From Candidatus Latescibacterota bacterium (GTDB taxonomy: Bacteria; Latescibacterota; UBA2968): 64,000 nt of DNA. Below, piece after piece: positions 1 to 9,869 of this stretch; the first letter of the stretch is position 1; every line of letters starts with the position of its first letter. Under the pieces are notes generated by a model, which searched no databases, had not been told where the DNA came from, and saw only the letters and a program-made list of their open reading frames with translations. A program made the position numbers and the translations under genes. The stretch covers positions 1,050 to 65,049 of the forward strand of contig JBLHJX010000004.1 in NCBI GenBank assembly GCA_047619225.1, read 5' to 3'.

Positions 1-140
1 GTGAAATGTAACAAACGGGGATCCTTTATTGAGAATTTAACGCGGGTATTATATTTGCGTTTTCGATGGGTGAGTGAAATGGATTTTTCAAGCGGTGGCA
101 AATGGATTTGCCACCGCTTGTCTTGGTTAGGGGTGCAGGG

Positions 141-1139
141 ATGAAGCGTGTACGCAAGATTGTGTTTTGGGCCATTGGGTTGGTGCTGTTGGGGGGGGTG
201 ATTCATAATGTGGGCATTGTATCGGTCTGGGCACAAGTGCGTTTTATTGGGTGGGGTTATGTTCCGATTTTGTTGCTTGCGTTGTGCTGGCATGTGAGTA
301 ATACGTGGGCTTGGGCCGTTTGTTTTGACCCGAATCAACCTCGGCCCACCATTTGGTCATTGTTCAGTACCAAAATGTCTGGAGAGGCCGTTGGCAATGT
401 GACCCCAGCGTCTCATGTTGGTGGTGAAGTGGCCAAAGCGTATATGTTGCGAGATCAAATGTCTGTTGCTCAAGGCGTGCCCTCATTGGTGGTGAACAAG
501 ACAATCGAATTGGTCAGCGGGTTGGCATATTCTCTGGTTGGTGCAGGGGTGGCTGTTTGGCAATTTTCTTTGCCGACTGAAGTGCAAATTGGGTTGGGAG
601 CTGCTCTGTTATTTGGCTCGGTCGGCATTATTGCTGCGTTCATATCTCAACGCCAGAATACATTCCTTTGGTTGGTGGACCTGTCGGGACGGTTGCGTTT
701 CACTTTTTTGGAATCTCGTCGCGAACAATTTGTCGAAATGGATCGTTCAATTGCTGCATTTTATCGTCAGAATCGCAAAGGTTTTGGTTGGTGCTTAGGG
801 TTGCATATATTCAGTTGGGTTTTGGGAACCTTGGAGGTCTACGCAATCCTTCACCTTTTGGGACAACCGCAACCCTTTTTATCTGCGTTTTTGCTGATGT
901 CTTTGTCGCTCATTATCAACACGGCCTTTTTCTTTATTCCATCTGGTGTGGGGGTGTTTGAAAGTGGGCACGTTTTTTTGTTTCAACTGTTGGGCCTTAC
1001 GGCAGAGTTGGGATTGGGTGTGGCGTTAATTCGGCGCATTCGCAAGATTTTTTGGGTTACTTTTGGTTTTGTTTTAATGGCATTGAGACGGCGGAAAACG
1101 GCTGAATCCAGAAAAACACGAGACGATCCAGACTGTTAG
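141..1139 (+). CDS. Lysylphosphatidylglycerol-synthase TM-domain / flippase-like membrane protein (HpnL-like)
   Basis: Multi-TM protein with GEAVGNVTPASHVGGEVAKAY and FIPSGVGVFESG motifs; ATG 141 preferred over 102. Confidence 0.75.
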   Translation: MKRVRKIVFWAIGLVLLGGVIHNVGIVSVWAQVRFIGWGYVPILLLALCWHVSNTWAWAVCFDPNQPRPTIWSLFSTKMSGEAVGNVTPASHVGGEVAKAYMLRDQMSVAQGVPSLVVNKTIELVSGLAYSLVGAGVAVWQFSLPTEVQIGLGAALLFGSVGIIAAFISQRQNTFLWLVDLSGRLRFTFLESRREQFVEMDRSIAAFYRQNRKGFGWCLGLHIFSWVLGTLEVYAILHLLGQPQPFLSAFLLMSLSLIINTAFFFIPSGVGVFESGHVFLFQLLGLTAELGLGVALIRRIRKIFWVTFGFVLMALRRRKTAESRKTRDDPDC

Positions 1140-1242
1140 TCTAAGGACAAGACCCAGAGCATGACATAAATAGCAGGGCAGAACCCAGGGTTAGGCTTGT
1201 TATTTTGATGTATTTTAAGTGATTTTGGATAGTTGGCCAATC

Positions 1243-1258
1243 TGGCATAGGTTTCGCT
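1243..1258 (+). promoter_or_regulatory. Putative sigma54 -24/-12 promoter for the TolC-to-MMPL operon
   Basis: TGGCATAGGTTTCGCT has correct GG-N10-GC spacing; AT-rich IHF-like tract (TAAGTGATT) upstream. Confidence 0.5.
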
Positions 1259-1419
1259 TAGATGATGGGATAATTGCGTCCAGATTGTAAGTGTCTTTTA
1301 TATATACACGCAAAATAAAGCAGTACATGCTAATATTTTTGATGTTTTTGTTCATGCTGCCTTCCAGTTATGAGGGTATAGTGTTGTTTAAATACTACAG
1401 GTGTGGCCTTTTTTCACAC

Positions 1420-2760
1420 ATGTTCTTACGACAAGCCCTCACGATGATGGTGGGGTTGCTTTGTGTATCGAATTTACAGGCTCAGACCTATGATCTTAAG
1501 ACGAGTATTGGGCGGGCTTTAGAAATCCACCCAGGTGTACTGGCAGCCCAGATAGATATTGGCATTGCAGAAGCTCAATTGGATCAGGCAAAAGCGGCTC
1601 GTTTTTTACCCAAGCTTGAAGTGCGATCTGTATTGGGGCCCTCGCCAGAGGCTCGGGGCGATGCGTTGATTGGCGATTCAAATATAAGTTTGAGTGATTT
1701 GCGTATCTTTTCGCAAACCGAAGCATCGTTTGTGCAACCGCTTTACACATTTGGGAAATTGGGTGGCGTGCGTGATGCTGCATCAGCAGGTGTGGTGGCC
1801 TATGAAGCGGGGTTTCTCAAAACGAAAGCAGACTTGGAATTGCAAGTTTTTGAAGTTTTCTATGGCGTGCTTTTGGCCAACGCACTTTGGGATTTGGCAC
1901 AAGAAGCGCAGGGTGACTTTCAAAAAGCCCGTGAATATGTGGCCGAAAAGCTTGAAGAGGATGAGGGCGATTTCACGTATACCGATTTGGGACGGATTGA
2001 TCGGTTTGCGTTTGATGTCACCGAGAAAGTTAATGCGGCTAAAAAAGCCAAAGCGCTGTCAGAATCGGCGATGCGGTTGTTGTTAGGGCTTAATGGAGTA
2101 GATTCCTTATCCTTGGATGGTGAATTGGCCTCGCTTGATGCTGAGATTTTGCCTCTGGACTTCTATTTGGGGCAGGGGGATACCCGTGCGGAAATGCAGC
2201 AATTAAAGGCCGGTATCCAGGTGCGTGAATCATTGCTTCGGGTGGCAAAGAGTGATCAATATCCGCAACTGTTTTTGGCAGGGCAATTTAAGTATGCTTA
2301 TGCTCCCAACAGAGACGATCAGAACAGCCCTTTTGCTTATGATCCTCTGAATTTATTGCAAACGGGTGCTGTGATTGGGTTTCAACAATCGCTGTCTTTT
2401 GGACTAACATCTGCCAAGGTTAAAAAAGCGCGCTTGGAGCACCAAAAGTTGATCTATCAGACAAGCTTGGCTCGCAAGGGTGTTGCGATTGAGATTGAGA
2501 AGATTTATCGCGAACTGAAGGAGGCCGAAAGTAATTTGGCCGCAGCCGAAAAAGCGCGACGTGCGACTCGGCGTTGGTTTATTGCTGTGCGTGATGGTTT
2601 TAATGGTGGATTTGAAAAAGCTTCGGATATGATTGAGGTGGTAAAAGAATATGCTATTATCCGGGCCAAATATTTTGAAGCGGTTTACAATTTTAACAGA
2701 GCATGGGCAAGATTGCAGCGTGCAACAGGAAAGCCCATTGTGCAGTCCTTAGGACATTAA
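1420..2760 (+). CDS. TolC-family outer membrane efflux protein
   Basis: Signal-peptide-like segment from Met at 1420; two OEP helical repeats (ARFLPKL, SDQYPQL); C-terminal ARLQRATG. Confidence 0.8.
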   Translation: MFLRQALTMMVGLLCVSNLQAQTYDLKTSIGRALEIHPGVLAAQIDIGIAEAQLDQAKAARFLPKLEVRSVLGPSPEARGDALIGDSNISLSDLRIFSQTEASFVQPLYTFGKLGGVRDAASAGVVAYEAGFLKTKADLELQVFEVFYGVLLANALWDLAQEAQGDFQKAREYVAEKLEEDEGDFTYTDLGRIDRFAFDVTEKVNAAKKAKALSESAMRLLLGLNGVDSLSLDGELASLDAEILPLDFYLGQGDTRAEMQQLKAGIQVRESLLRVAKSDQYPQLFLAGQFKYAYAPNRDDQNSPFAYDPLNLLQTGAVIGFQQSLSFGLTSAKVKKARLEHQKLIYQTSLARKGVAIEIEKIYRELKEAESNLAAAEKARRATRRWFIAVRDGFNGGFEKASDMIEVVKEYAIIRAKYFEAVYNFNRAWARLQRATGKPIVQSLGH

Positions 2761-2773
2761 GAAAGGTATTGAT

Positions 2774-4240
2774 ATGGTCAAAAAGGCCGTTATTATAGCA
2801 GCAGGAATGGGGAGCCGTCTGCGTGGGTATGGTGCAGACTTGCCCAAGCCTTTGGTACCAGTTGCCGGTGTACCGTTATTAAAACGAACGATTTTGTCGG
2901 CCAAAAGGGCGGGCATTGACGAGTTTGTGGTCATTACAGGCTTTCGGGGTGACGAAATTCAGGCTCATATGGTTGATGACGGCCAATTTGTTGACTTGCA
3001 AATCGATTGGGTACAAAACGCAGACTGGGAGCGAGGCAATGGCATTTCGGTGCTTGCGGCCAAGGATTATGTGGATGAGCCTTTTATTTTGCTCATGTCT
3101 GATCATTTGTTTGACCCTGAAGCGTTGGTCCAGTTGCGGCACTTACCCATTGGGCCAGATGAAGCCGTCTTGGGTGTAGACTCACACCTGGATCGGATCT
3201 TTGATATGGAAGATGCCACAAAGGTGCTCGTTGATGGTGACCGGATTGAGAAAATAGGCAAAGAACTGGCCGTTTTTAATGCTGTTGATACGGGTATGTT
3301 CTTGTGCAGTCCATTTTTATTTACGGCATTAGAGCAATCAATTGCAGCCGGTGAAGGTTCTTTGTCGGGTGGCATTCGGGTGCTGTCTGAACAAGGCACG
3401 ATGCGTACTTTTGATATTGATGGTTTGTTTTGGCTGGATGTAGATACCCCTGAGGCACATGTGCATGCAGAAGAGTCTTTGTTTCGCATGCTGGGCAAAC
3501 CCACAGATGGGTTTGTTTCCAGAAACTTTAATCGAAAGATTTCGACACGTATTACCCGCTTGTTGGTGCATACCCCTTTTACGCCTAACCAGTTGTCAAT
3601 TGCGACCATGTTGATCAGTTTTGTTTCGGCTTGGCTGGTCTCTCAAGGGGGCGAAAGTTATTGGCACTTGGCATTGGGTGGCCTTTTGTTCCAATTTGCA
3701 TCGATCTTTGATGGGTGTGATGGTGAGATTGCCAAATTGAAGTTCATGGGGTCGCGAATGGGGGAATGGGTTGATACGCTTGCTGATAATGTGTCTTACC
3801 TGGTCTTTCTCATTGCGGTCATTGCGGGTATGTATGCGCAAACTGGGGACTCGTTTTACTCGATGTTGGGTGGCACCATGTTGTCACTTGATGTGTTGGG
3901 TGTGTTGCTGATTTTTCTTTATTTGAAGGTGGTTGGGTCTGGCAGTATTGTTAGTTTTAATAAGTCGTTTTCAAGCGATGTGCCCGAAGATGAACGCGGG
4001 TGGGTATTCCGGGTTTGCAACTCTCTTTTGTTTATGAGTCGGCGTGATTTTTTTGCAGCGCTATTTTGTGTGCTTGCACTATTGAATAGCATTGCTGGCA
4101 TGTATTGGTATTTGACAATTGGGTCCGTGTTTGTGTGTGCTGCGATTTTTGGTTTTGTCGGACAGATGATGCGCACCCGTGGTGGGTGGGCTACAGCGAC
4201 CGTTTCGGGTGTCGATAAGATGGTAGAAAAAGCAGACTAA
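2774..4240 (+). CDS. Bifunctional NTP-transferase / CDP-alcohol phosphatidyltransferase (IPCT/DIPPS-like)
   Basis: AAGMGSRL...PKPL nucleotidyltransferase motif; DGCDGEIAK...GEWVDTLAD CDP-alcohol phosphotransferase motif with TM helices. Confidence 0.85.
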   Translation: MVKKAVIIAAGMGSRLRGYGADLPKPLVPVAGVPLLKRTILSAKRAGIDEFVVITGFRGDEIQAHMVDDGQFVDLQIDWVQNADWERGNGISVLAAKDYVDEPFILLMSDHLFDPEALVQLRHLPIGPDEAVLGVDSHLDRIFDMEDATKVLVDGDRIEKIGKELAVFNAVDTGMFLCSPFLFTALEQSIAAGEGSLSGGIRVLSEQGTMRTFDIDGLFWLDVDTPEAHVHAEESLFRMLGKPTDGFVSRNFNRKISTRITRLLVHTPFTPNQLSIATMLISFVSAWLVSQGGESYWHLALGGLLFQFASIFDGCDGEIAKLKFMGSRMGEWVDTLADNVSYLVFLIAVIAGMYAQTGDSFYSMLGGTMLSLDVLGVLLIFLYLKVVGSGSIVSFNKSFSSDVPEDERGWVFRVCNSLLFMSRRDFFAALFCVLALLNSIAGMYWYLTIGSVFVCAAIFGFVGQMMRTRGGWATATVSGVDKMVEKAD

Positions 4241-4337
4241 AGACACTGGGAACTTGGGCGCGATTAATGCGTTCATTGAATGCGTGCAGAAAGTTGTTGC
4301 CTGAATATGGTTTGTGGTCTTAATGTAAGAGGTATTT

Positions 4338-4961
4338 ATGACTGGTTTCATGCGTTTATTGATATTGACCTTTGTGGCTGTGGGTGTTTCATTTGCTGCT
4401 GAGTTGGATCAAAGCCAAGCGTTACTTGATATGGTCAAATCGCGCGATCAAGCTATTCAAGACATTGTACGCTCACAGACCAAAGGTGAAACTCCTGAAG
4501 AACGTGAACAATTAAAAGCTATTGTGGGTGATTTGTTCGATTTTGAAGCGTTAAGTGAATTGTCTTTGGGGCGATCTTGGGCCGAGCGGACGGGTGAAGA
4601 ACGCAAAGAGTTTGTTGACCTGAATCGACGTCTAATCGAAAAAAATTACGCGGATCCCAAGTTGTATACAAAAGCCGAAAAGATCGTGTATACCGGTGTA
4701 GAGATAGAAGGCAACGAGGCATTGGTCAAAACGGTCGTTCATTATAAAACAGAAAAAAGTGGCATCGATTACCAGATGCATTTGATTGAAGGTAAGTGGT
4801 TGATCTACGACATGATTGTGGATGACTTGAGTATTGGCAAAAGCAATCGGTCGCAATTTCGGAAACAAATCAAAAAAACGTCATTTGAAGGTTTAATGGA
4901 AAAACTGCGAAAAAAATTAGATACTGATGCTTCAGGGGAGAAGGGAGCTTCTTCAAATTGA
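4338..4961 (+). CDS. MlaC/Ttg2D/HpnM-family periplasmic lipid-binding protein
   Basis: Signal peptide; FDFEALSELSLGRSW and WLIYDMIVDDLSI...RSQF motifs. Confidence 0.85.
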   Translation: MTGFMRLLILTFVAVGVSFAAELDQSQALLDMVKSRDQAIQDIVRSQTKGETPEEREQLKAIVGDLFDFEALSELSLGRSWAERTGEERKEFVDLNRRLIEKNYADPKLYTKAEKIVYTGVEIEGNEALVKTVVHYKTEKSGIDYQMHLIEGKWLIYDMIVDDLSIGKSNRSQFRKQIKKTSFEGLMEKLRKKLDTDASGEKGASSN

Positions 4962-7408
4962 TCGAACGCTGGTTTCGAATCTTAGCAGACCTGACTTATC
5001 GACACTACAAAAGCATTATTGTGGTGTCGATTTTGTTGACGGTCTTTTGTAGCTTTTTTGTGTTCAAGTTGGTTCGCCGTTTGGAAACCGATATTGCGGC
5101 ACTGATTCCCGATAATTACCAGAGCGTCAAGACCATTGATGAAATTAAGAAACGCGTGGGTGGTGTTGGCAGTCTGGTTGTCTTGGTGCAGAGCCCCGAT
5201 TTTGAAGCCAACAAACGGTTTGCTGAAGACTTTGTGCAAGAGTTACAAAAGAAAGAATACAAACAGTATGTAAACTTTATTGATTATAAACGAGATGTCG
5301 ATTTTTTCAAAAAGAATGCCATGTTGTTTATGGACAAGGATGACTTGGACGAGATCCTTGTTCGTATTGAAGATCGTATTGCCCAAGAAAAGCTTAAGCT
5401 GTCGCCTCTTTATATTCAGCTTGATGATGGGGACGATGATGAGGAGTTAGACTTTTCGGACATCGAAGCCAAGTACCGAGGTGCCGAAGAAGGTGATGAG
5501 ACCTATTATACCAATCGGGATCGTACCATTTTGGCCGTAGAGGCGATGGCAGCTGGTACCGTGAGCAATATTGGGTTTGCCAAGGAGATGCACAACAAGC
5601 TCAAAGAGGCTGCAAATAAGCTGGTGCCGCTTTCTTATCACCCCCAAATGGTCATTGAATATGGTGGGCCATTTAAGAATAAAATTGATGAATTTGATAC
5701 CATTTTGTCTGATATCAAATCGACTTTGATTTTTGGTCTCATTGGTGTTGTCATAATTTTGACCATTTATTTCCGTCAACCTTTGGCGGCCTTTTTTGTG
5801 GCTTTGCCACTCTTGATGGGGCTTATCTGGGCGTTTGCCATTACGTATTGGGTGATTGGCAATTTAAATACGATGACGGGTTTCTTGTTTGTGATCTTGT
5901 TTGGTTTGGGAATTGATTTTGGTATTCATCTGTTTGCCCGATACCTTGAAGATCGTATGGCTAATATGGATGTGCGACTCTCGATTGAAACCATGTTGAG
6001 CCAAACGGGGCAGGCGATTTTAACCGCCGCATTGACCACTTCAATTGCCTTCTTTTCTTTGACGTTGACGGACTTTAAAGGGTTTTCAGAATTTGGCTTT
6101 ATTGTGGGCACTGGCATTATTATGTCATTGATTACCATGACGACTGTTTTGCCTGCGGTATTGGTTTTGGCAGATCGAAAGCTTAAACTGGTTCGTATGC
6201 GGCATGTTTGGGGGCACAATTGGGGAGGCAGCCGTGGGCATTTTAAGGGTGCTAAAACGGTTTTGGCGCTGGCTGCTGTTGTCACAGTCTATTTGGGTGT
6301 GAACTTGCACAAGATTGAGTTTGAGTATGACTTTACAAATTTGCGCTCAAATTTGACTGCCTCCGTTGCGGTCAAACAAAAGATGGCGACCATTTCTAAA
6401 TATGGTAATGAATCGCAGTCTTATAGCATTGTTTTGGCAGATAGCAAAGCTGAATTGGATGAAATTGTTGCGGCTTTGGAGAAAAAAATAGCAGCAGATG
6501 ACCCCACGCCTACTATTGATAAGGTAAAAACGTTGTGGTCGGAGTTGCGTGGGCAGGATGAGAAGTTGGAGATTATTGGGGAAATTCGAAAATTGGCCAA
6601 TAGCGAGTCTACCAAACTGCTTAAGGGTAAACAAAAAGCAAAACTCGACTCCTTGCGTGGTTTGCTCGACGTGTCTCGGATTGCGGTTGAAGATTTGCCT
6701 GAAAATATCTTGCGTAAATTCCGCACGATAGATGGCAGCCAAGCTTATTTTGCCCAAATCTTGCCAAGTGTTCAATTGAGAGATGGAAAAAATGCGATTG
6801 CCTTTGCCGAAGACAGCCATGTCATTCACACCGAGTCGGGCAAAATATTCTATTCGTCGAGTTCCAATATTATCTTTGCCGACATGCTACAATTGATGTT
6901 GCGCGATAGCCCGCAGGCCGTCATCTTAACGGTGATTGTGGTATTTCTCATTGTCGTCAGCGATTTTAAAAGTTTGAGATCGGCTCTCTTGGTGATGTTT
7001 CCACTTGTTTGTGGCACCATTTGGATGTGTGGAACGCTTTATTTACAAAGCGTAAAACTTAACTTTTATAATATTGTAGCTTTACCTACCATTATTGGGA
7101 TGGGGATCGATAACGGCGTACATTTGTACCATCGTTATCGAGAAGAGGGTCCGGGTTCCATGCGTTTGGTTTTAAAGAGTACGGGCGGGGCGATGTTTGT
7201 TTCTATGTTGACGACCATGGTTGGGTTTTTTGGTTTGATGACGGCACAACACCCGGGCCTGAATTCGATTGGAAGTTTGGCTTTGATTGGGTTGTTGACC
7301 TGTTTTATTGCGGCTGTTTTTGTGCTGCCAGCTTTGTTAGAAGTATTGGATGGTAACCAGGCTTCTAACGAGGACTCTAAAGATGGAACAGAGACGACAA
7401 ATGAATGA
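4958..7408 (+). CDS. MMPL/RND-family lipid transporter (HpnN-like)
   Basis: Two MMPL repeats with GLGIDFGIH and GMGIDNGVH; about 12 TM helices. Confidence 0.85.
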   Translation: MIERWFRILADLTYRHYKSIIVVSILLTVFCSFFVFKLVRRLETDIAALIPDNYQSVKTIDEIKKRVGGVGSLVVLVQSPDFEANKRFAEDFVQELQKKEYKQYVNFIDYKRDVDFFKKNAMLFMDKDDLDEILVRIEDRIAQEKLKLSPLYIQLDDGDDDEELDFSDIEAKYRGAEEGDETYYTNRDRTILAVEAMAAGTVSNIGFAKEMHNKLKEAANKLVPLSYHPQMVIEYGGPFKNKIDEFDTILSDIKSTLIFGLIGVVIILTIYFRQPLAAFFVALPLLMGLIWAFAITYWVIGNLNTMTGFLFVILFGLGIDFGIHLFARYLEDRMANMDVRLSIETMLSQTGQAILTAALTTSIAFFSLTLTDFKGFSEFGFIVGTGIIMSLITMTTVLPAVLVLADRKLKLVRMRHVWGHNWGGSRGHFKGAKTVLALAAVVTVYLGVNLHKIEFEYDFTNLRSNLTASVAVKQKMATISKYGNESQSYSIVLADSKAELDEIVAALEKKIAADDPTPTIDKVKTLWSELRGQDEKLEIIGEIRKLANSESTKLLKGKQKAKLDSLRGLLDVSRIAVEDLPENILRKFRTIDGSQAYFAQILPSVQLRDGKNAIAFAEDSHVIHTESGKIFYSSSSNIIFADMLQLMLRDSPQAVILTVIVVFLIVVSDFKSLRSALLVMFPLVCGTIWMCGTLYLQSVKLNFYNIVALPTIIGMGIDNGVHLYHRYREEGPGSMRLVLKSTGGAMFVSMLTTMVGFFGLMTAQHPGLNSIGSLALIGLLTCFIAAVFVLPALLEVLDGNQASNEDSKDGTETTNE

Positions 7409-7429
7409 CCTATAGAAAATAGCATGCCT

Positions 7430-7463
7430 AACGCAGTGCGCAATTTGTGCACTGCGTTTTTTT
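7430..7463 (+). terminator. Intrinsic terminator
   Basis: AACGCAGTGCGCAA / TTGTGCACTGCGTT stem followed by a T run. Confidence 0.75.
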
Positions 7464-7542
7464 GTACGGTTGACGTGTGTGAGATGAAGGATTATTATTG
7501 CTTAGTTATTATAGTGATTTGTCTAAAGGGAGTGGGAGGATT

Positions 7543-8334
7543 ATGACTGTTTATTTGGGTTTCTTGGTAAGTTTAATTTCTGGTTTGTATACGTCATTTT
7601 GGGGGGCATTTAAGGATTCTCCTTTTGAAGACTTTAAAGCGCATACTTTTCCACGTAGTGTTTATTTTCACGCTGTGATCTTTGCAGCTTTGTATTTCAT
7701 CCCGTTGTTCCAGGATTCTTTTTCTGCTCTGAAATTATTTCAAGTGTTTTTCCTGACTATGGGGTTGGAACGGTTTTTGGCGGAGTTGTATAAGGGCTTT
7801 TTTCGTACAGAAGACCAGAGCAAGTATTTTGTGCCCTCCCGCATTACCTTTTTTGGTAAACATGTTCAAAGTGATGCTTTGCGCTACTTTGTAGGCACGG
7901 TTCTGGTCCTTGTGGTTTTTACAGTGGTCACGGTTCCTTTTTTGATTACTTCTTTTTGGGTCTTTTTGATTGTTGCTTATGCTACTGGATTACTGGTTTC
8001 TCTTGGGGGGGCATATAAAGACGCGCCATTTGAGGGATTTCAACCCCTTAAATTTCAACGATCGGGTGTGGTCTTGGCTGTTTGCTCGCCATTTTTCTAT
8101 TTTATTAACGACCCATTGCAGCCCATATCATTGGGTTTCTTGATCTATATGAATGGTGGGCTGGAACGTTTTGTTGTGGAATATTATAAAACCTATATTC
8201 AACGTACGATGTCTGGGAAATTTCAACCTGACCTTGAACGCATCCAGCATCGTGTAGACTCACGAGAAAAATTCTATTATGGCGCCTGGCTTATCATTCT
8301 TGGCTTGGTCGTGTTGTATATCTTTGAACTGTAA
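7543..8334 (+). CDS. Hypothetical membrane protein with internal duplication
   Basis: GGAGG RBS; repeats GAFKDSPFEDF...GLERF and GAYKDAPFEGF...GLERF. Confidence 0.7.
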   Translation: MTVYLGFLVSLISGLYTSFWGAFKDSPFEDFKAHTFPRSVYFHAVIFAALYFIPLFQDSFSALKLFQVFFLTMGLERFLAELYKGFFRTEDQSKYFVPSRITFFGKHVQSDALRYFVGTVLVLVVFTVVTVPFLITSFWVFLIVAYATGLLVSLGGAYKDAPFEGFQPLKFQRSGVVLAVCSPFFYFINDPLQPISLGFLIYMNGGLERFVVEYYKTYIQRTMSGKFQPDLERIQHRVDSREKFYYGAWLIILGLVVLYIFEL

Positions 8335-8336
8335 TT

Positions 8337-9866
8337 ATGGCAAAGCGCACTGATCACTTCGATTTTTCTGGATACGATGCCGTGATTGTTGGGACGGGGT
8401 TTGGGGGGAGTGCTTGTGCCTATTCGCTGGCGAGATCGGGCATGAAAGTCTTAATGCTTGAGCGGGGTGATTGGGCACGTCGAGACAGGGGAGACTGGGA
8501 TTCGCGGGCGATCCTCTTAGAGAAGTCGTACAAGGGCCCATCGGCATTGTTTGTTCAACAGTATGAAGATGCTCAGCACAAAAAGGTGCTTGAGAATGAA
8601 GTTGTGGGTGGCATGTCTGTATTTTACGGTGGTGCCTCGCTTCGGTTACGGGAAACAGACTTTGCGCGTTGGCCCATATCATATGATGAGTTGGAGCCGT
8701 TTTATACAGAGATAGAACATGCGATTGAAGTACATGGGGTTTCTGGCGTAGATCCAAGTGAACCAAAACGATCGAAAGATTATTTGCATGCACCCATAGC
8801 GTTGACACCACCGGCGAAACGTATCTTGAAGGCAGGACAAGCGTTAGGTTTGTCGCCGTTTCAAATGCCTATGGCAATCAACTTTTCTAATCCGTTGCGA
8901 ACGCTTTGTATTCGGTGTTTAACTTGTGATGGGTTTCCGTGTCAAATTGAGGCAAAAAATGATCTTACGATGACGTTGCTAAAGCAGGCACAGGATGTAG
9001 GAACAGACATTGTTGTGGGCATGCAGGTGATACGTGTGGTTGAGTCGGGGGGGAAGGCTCGTGCGGTTCTGTGTGTTGATCGGGCATCGGGAAAAGAATT
9101 TGAGATTGTGGCGCCTATTGTCATTGTGGCAGGAGGGGCCTTGCAAAGCCCCGGCATATTGTTGCGGTCGGGGCTTGATAGGTTTCCTCAGAGCGACTTG
9201 ATTGGACGTTTTTTGATGCGCCATTGCAATGCGGTGATTGCAGGTGTTTTCCCCTTTCGTACAAATATTCAACGAGATTTTCATAAGCAAGTTTGCTTTA
9301 CCGATTTTTACGAAGACTTTAGAGTGCGCGACAAGGTGGCGACTGGGGTGGTACAAGATATTAGCTCTCCTGATTCTGTGGTGCTCAAACACTTTGCACC
9401 CAAAGGGTTTAAAAATGCCGCTTACTTTTCTTCTAAATTTTTGCAAAATTTGTTGTGTGTGGCAGAAGACGAACCCCAATTTGAAAATACAGTGACACTG
9501 TCTTCATTGACAGACGCGTTTGGTGTTGCGCAAATGCAAGTTACGCATCATTATTCACTGCGTGATTGTGAACGGCGTGATTATTTGGTGAGGCATGCCA
9601 AGCAGATTTTGCGCAAGGCTGGCGCATTTTTTTTTCACACCTATCAAATAGATTCCTTCTCACATGGGGTGGGGTCTGTTCGGATGGGGTCTGATGCGGC
9701 AGACAGTGTGTTGGATCGGCATTGTCGTTTTCGTGGCATTGATAACTTGTTTGTGGTAGATGGCAGTGTGTTTCCCACATCTGGTGGTGTGAACCCGAGT
9801 CTGACCATTGCTGCCAATGCACTTCGTGTGGGTGAATACATTGCCCAGACTTTTCGGAATATATGA
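8337..9866 (+). CDS. GMC-family FAD oxidoreductase
   Basis: GTGFGG FAD motif, Cys cluster CIRCLTCDGFPC, C-terminal VDGSVFPTSGGVNPSLTIAANA. Confidence 0.9.
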   Translation: MAKRTDHFDFSGYDAVIVGTGFGGSACAYSLARSGMKVLMLERGDWARRDRGDWDSRAILLEKSYKGPSALFVQQYEDAQHKKVLENEVVGGMSVFYGGASLRLRETDFARWPISYDELEPFYTEIEHAIEVHGVSGVDPSEPKRSKDYLHAPIALTPPAKRILKAGQALGLSPFQMPMAINFSNPLRTLCIRCLTCDGFPCQIEAKNDLTMTLLKQAQDVGTDIVVGMQVIRVVESGGKARAVLCVDRASGKEFEIVAPIVIVAGGALQSPGILLRSGLDRFPQSDLIGRFLMRHCNAVIAGVFPFRTNIQRDFHKQVCFTDFYEDFRVRDKVATGVVQDISSPDSVVLKHFAPKGFKNAAYFSSKFLQNLLCVAEDEPQFENTVTLSSLTDAFGVAQMQVTHHYSLRDCERRDYLVRHAKQILRKAGAFFFHTYQIDSFSHGVGSVRMGSDAADSVLDRHCRFRGIDNLFVVDGSVFPTSGGVNPSLTIAANALRVGEYIAQTFRNI

Positions 9867-9869
9867 CCC

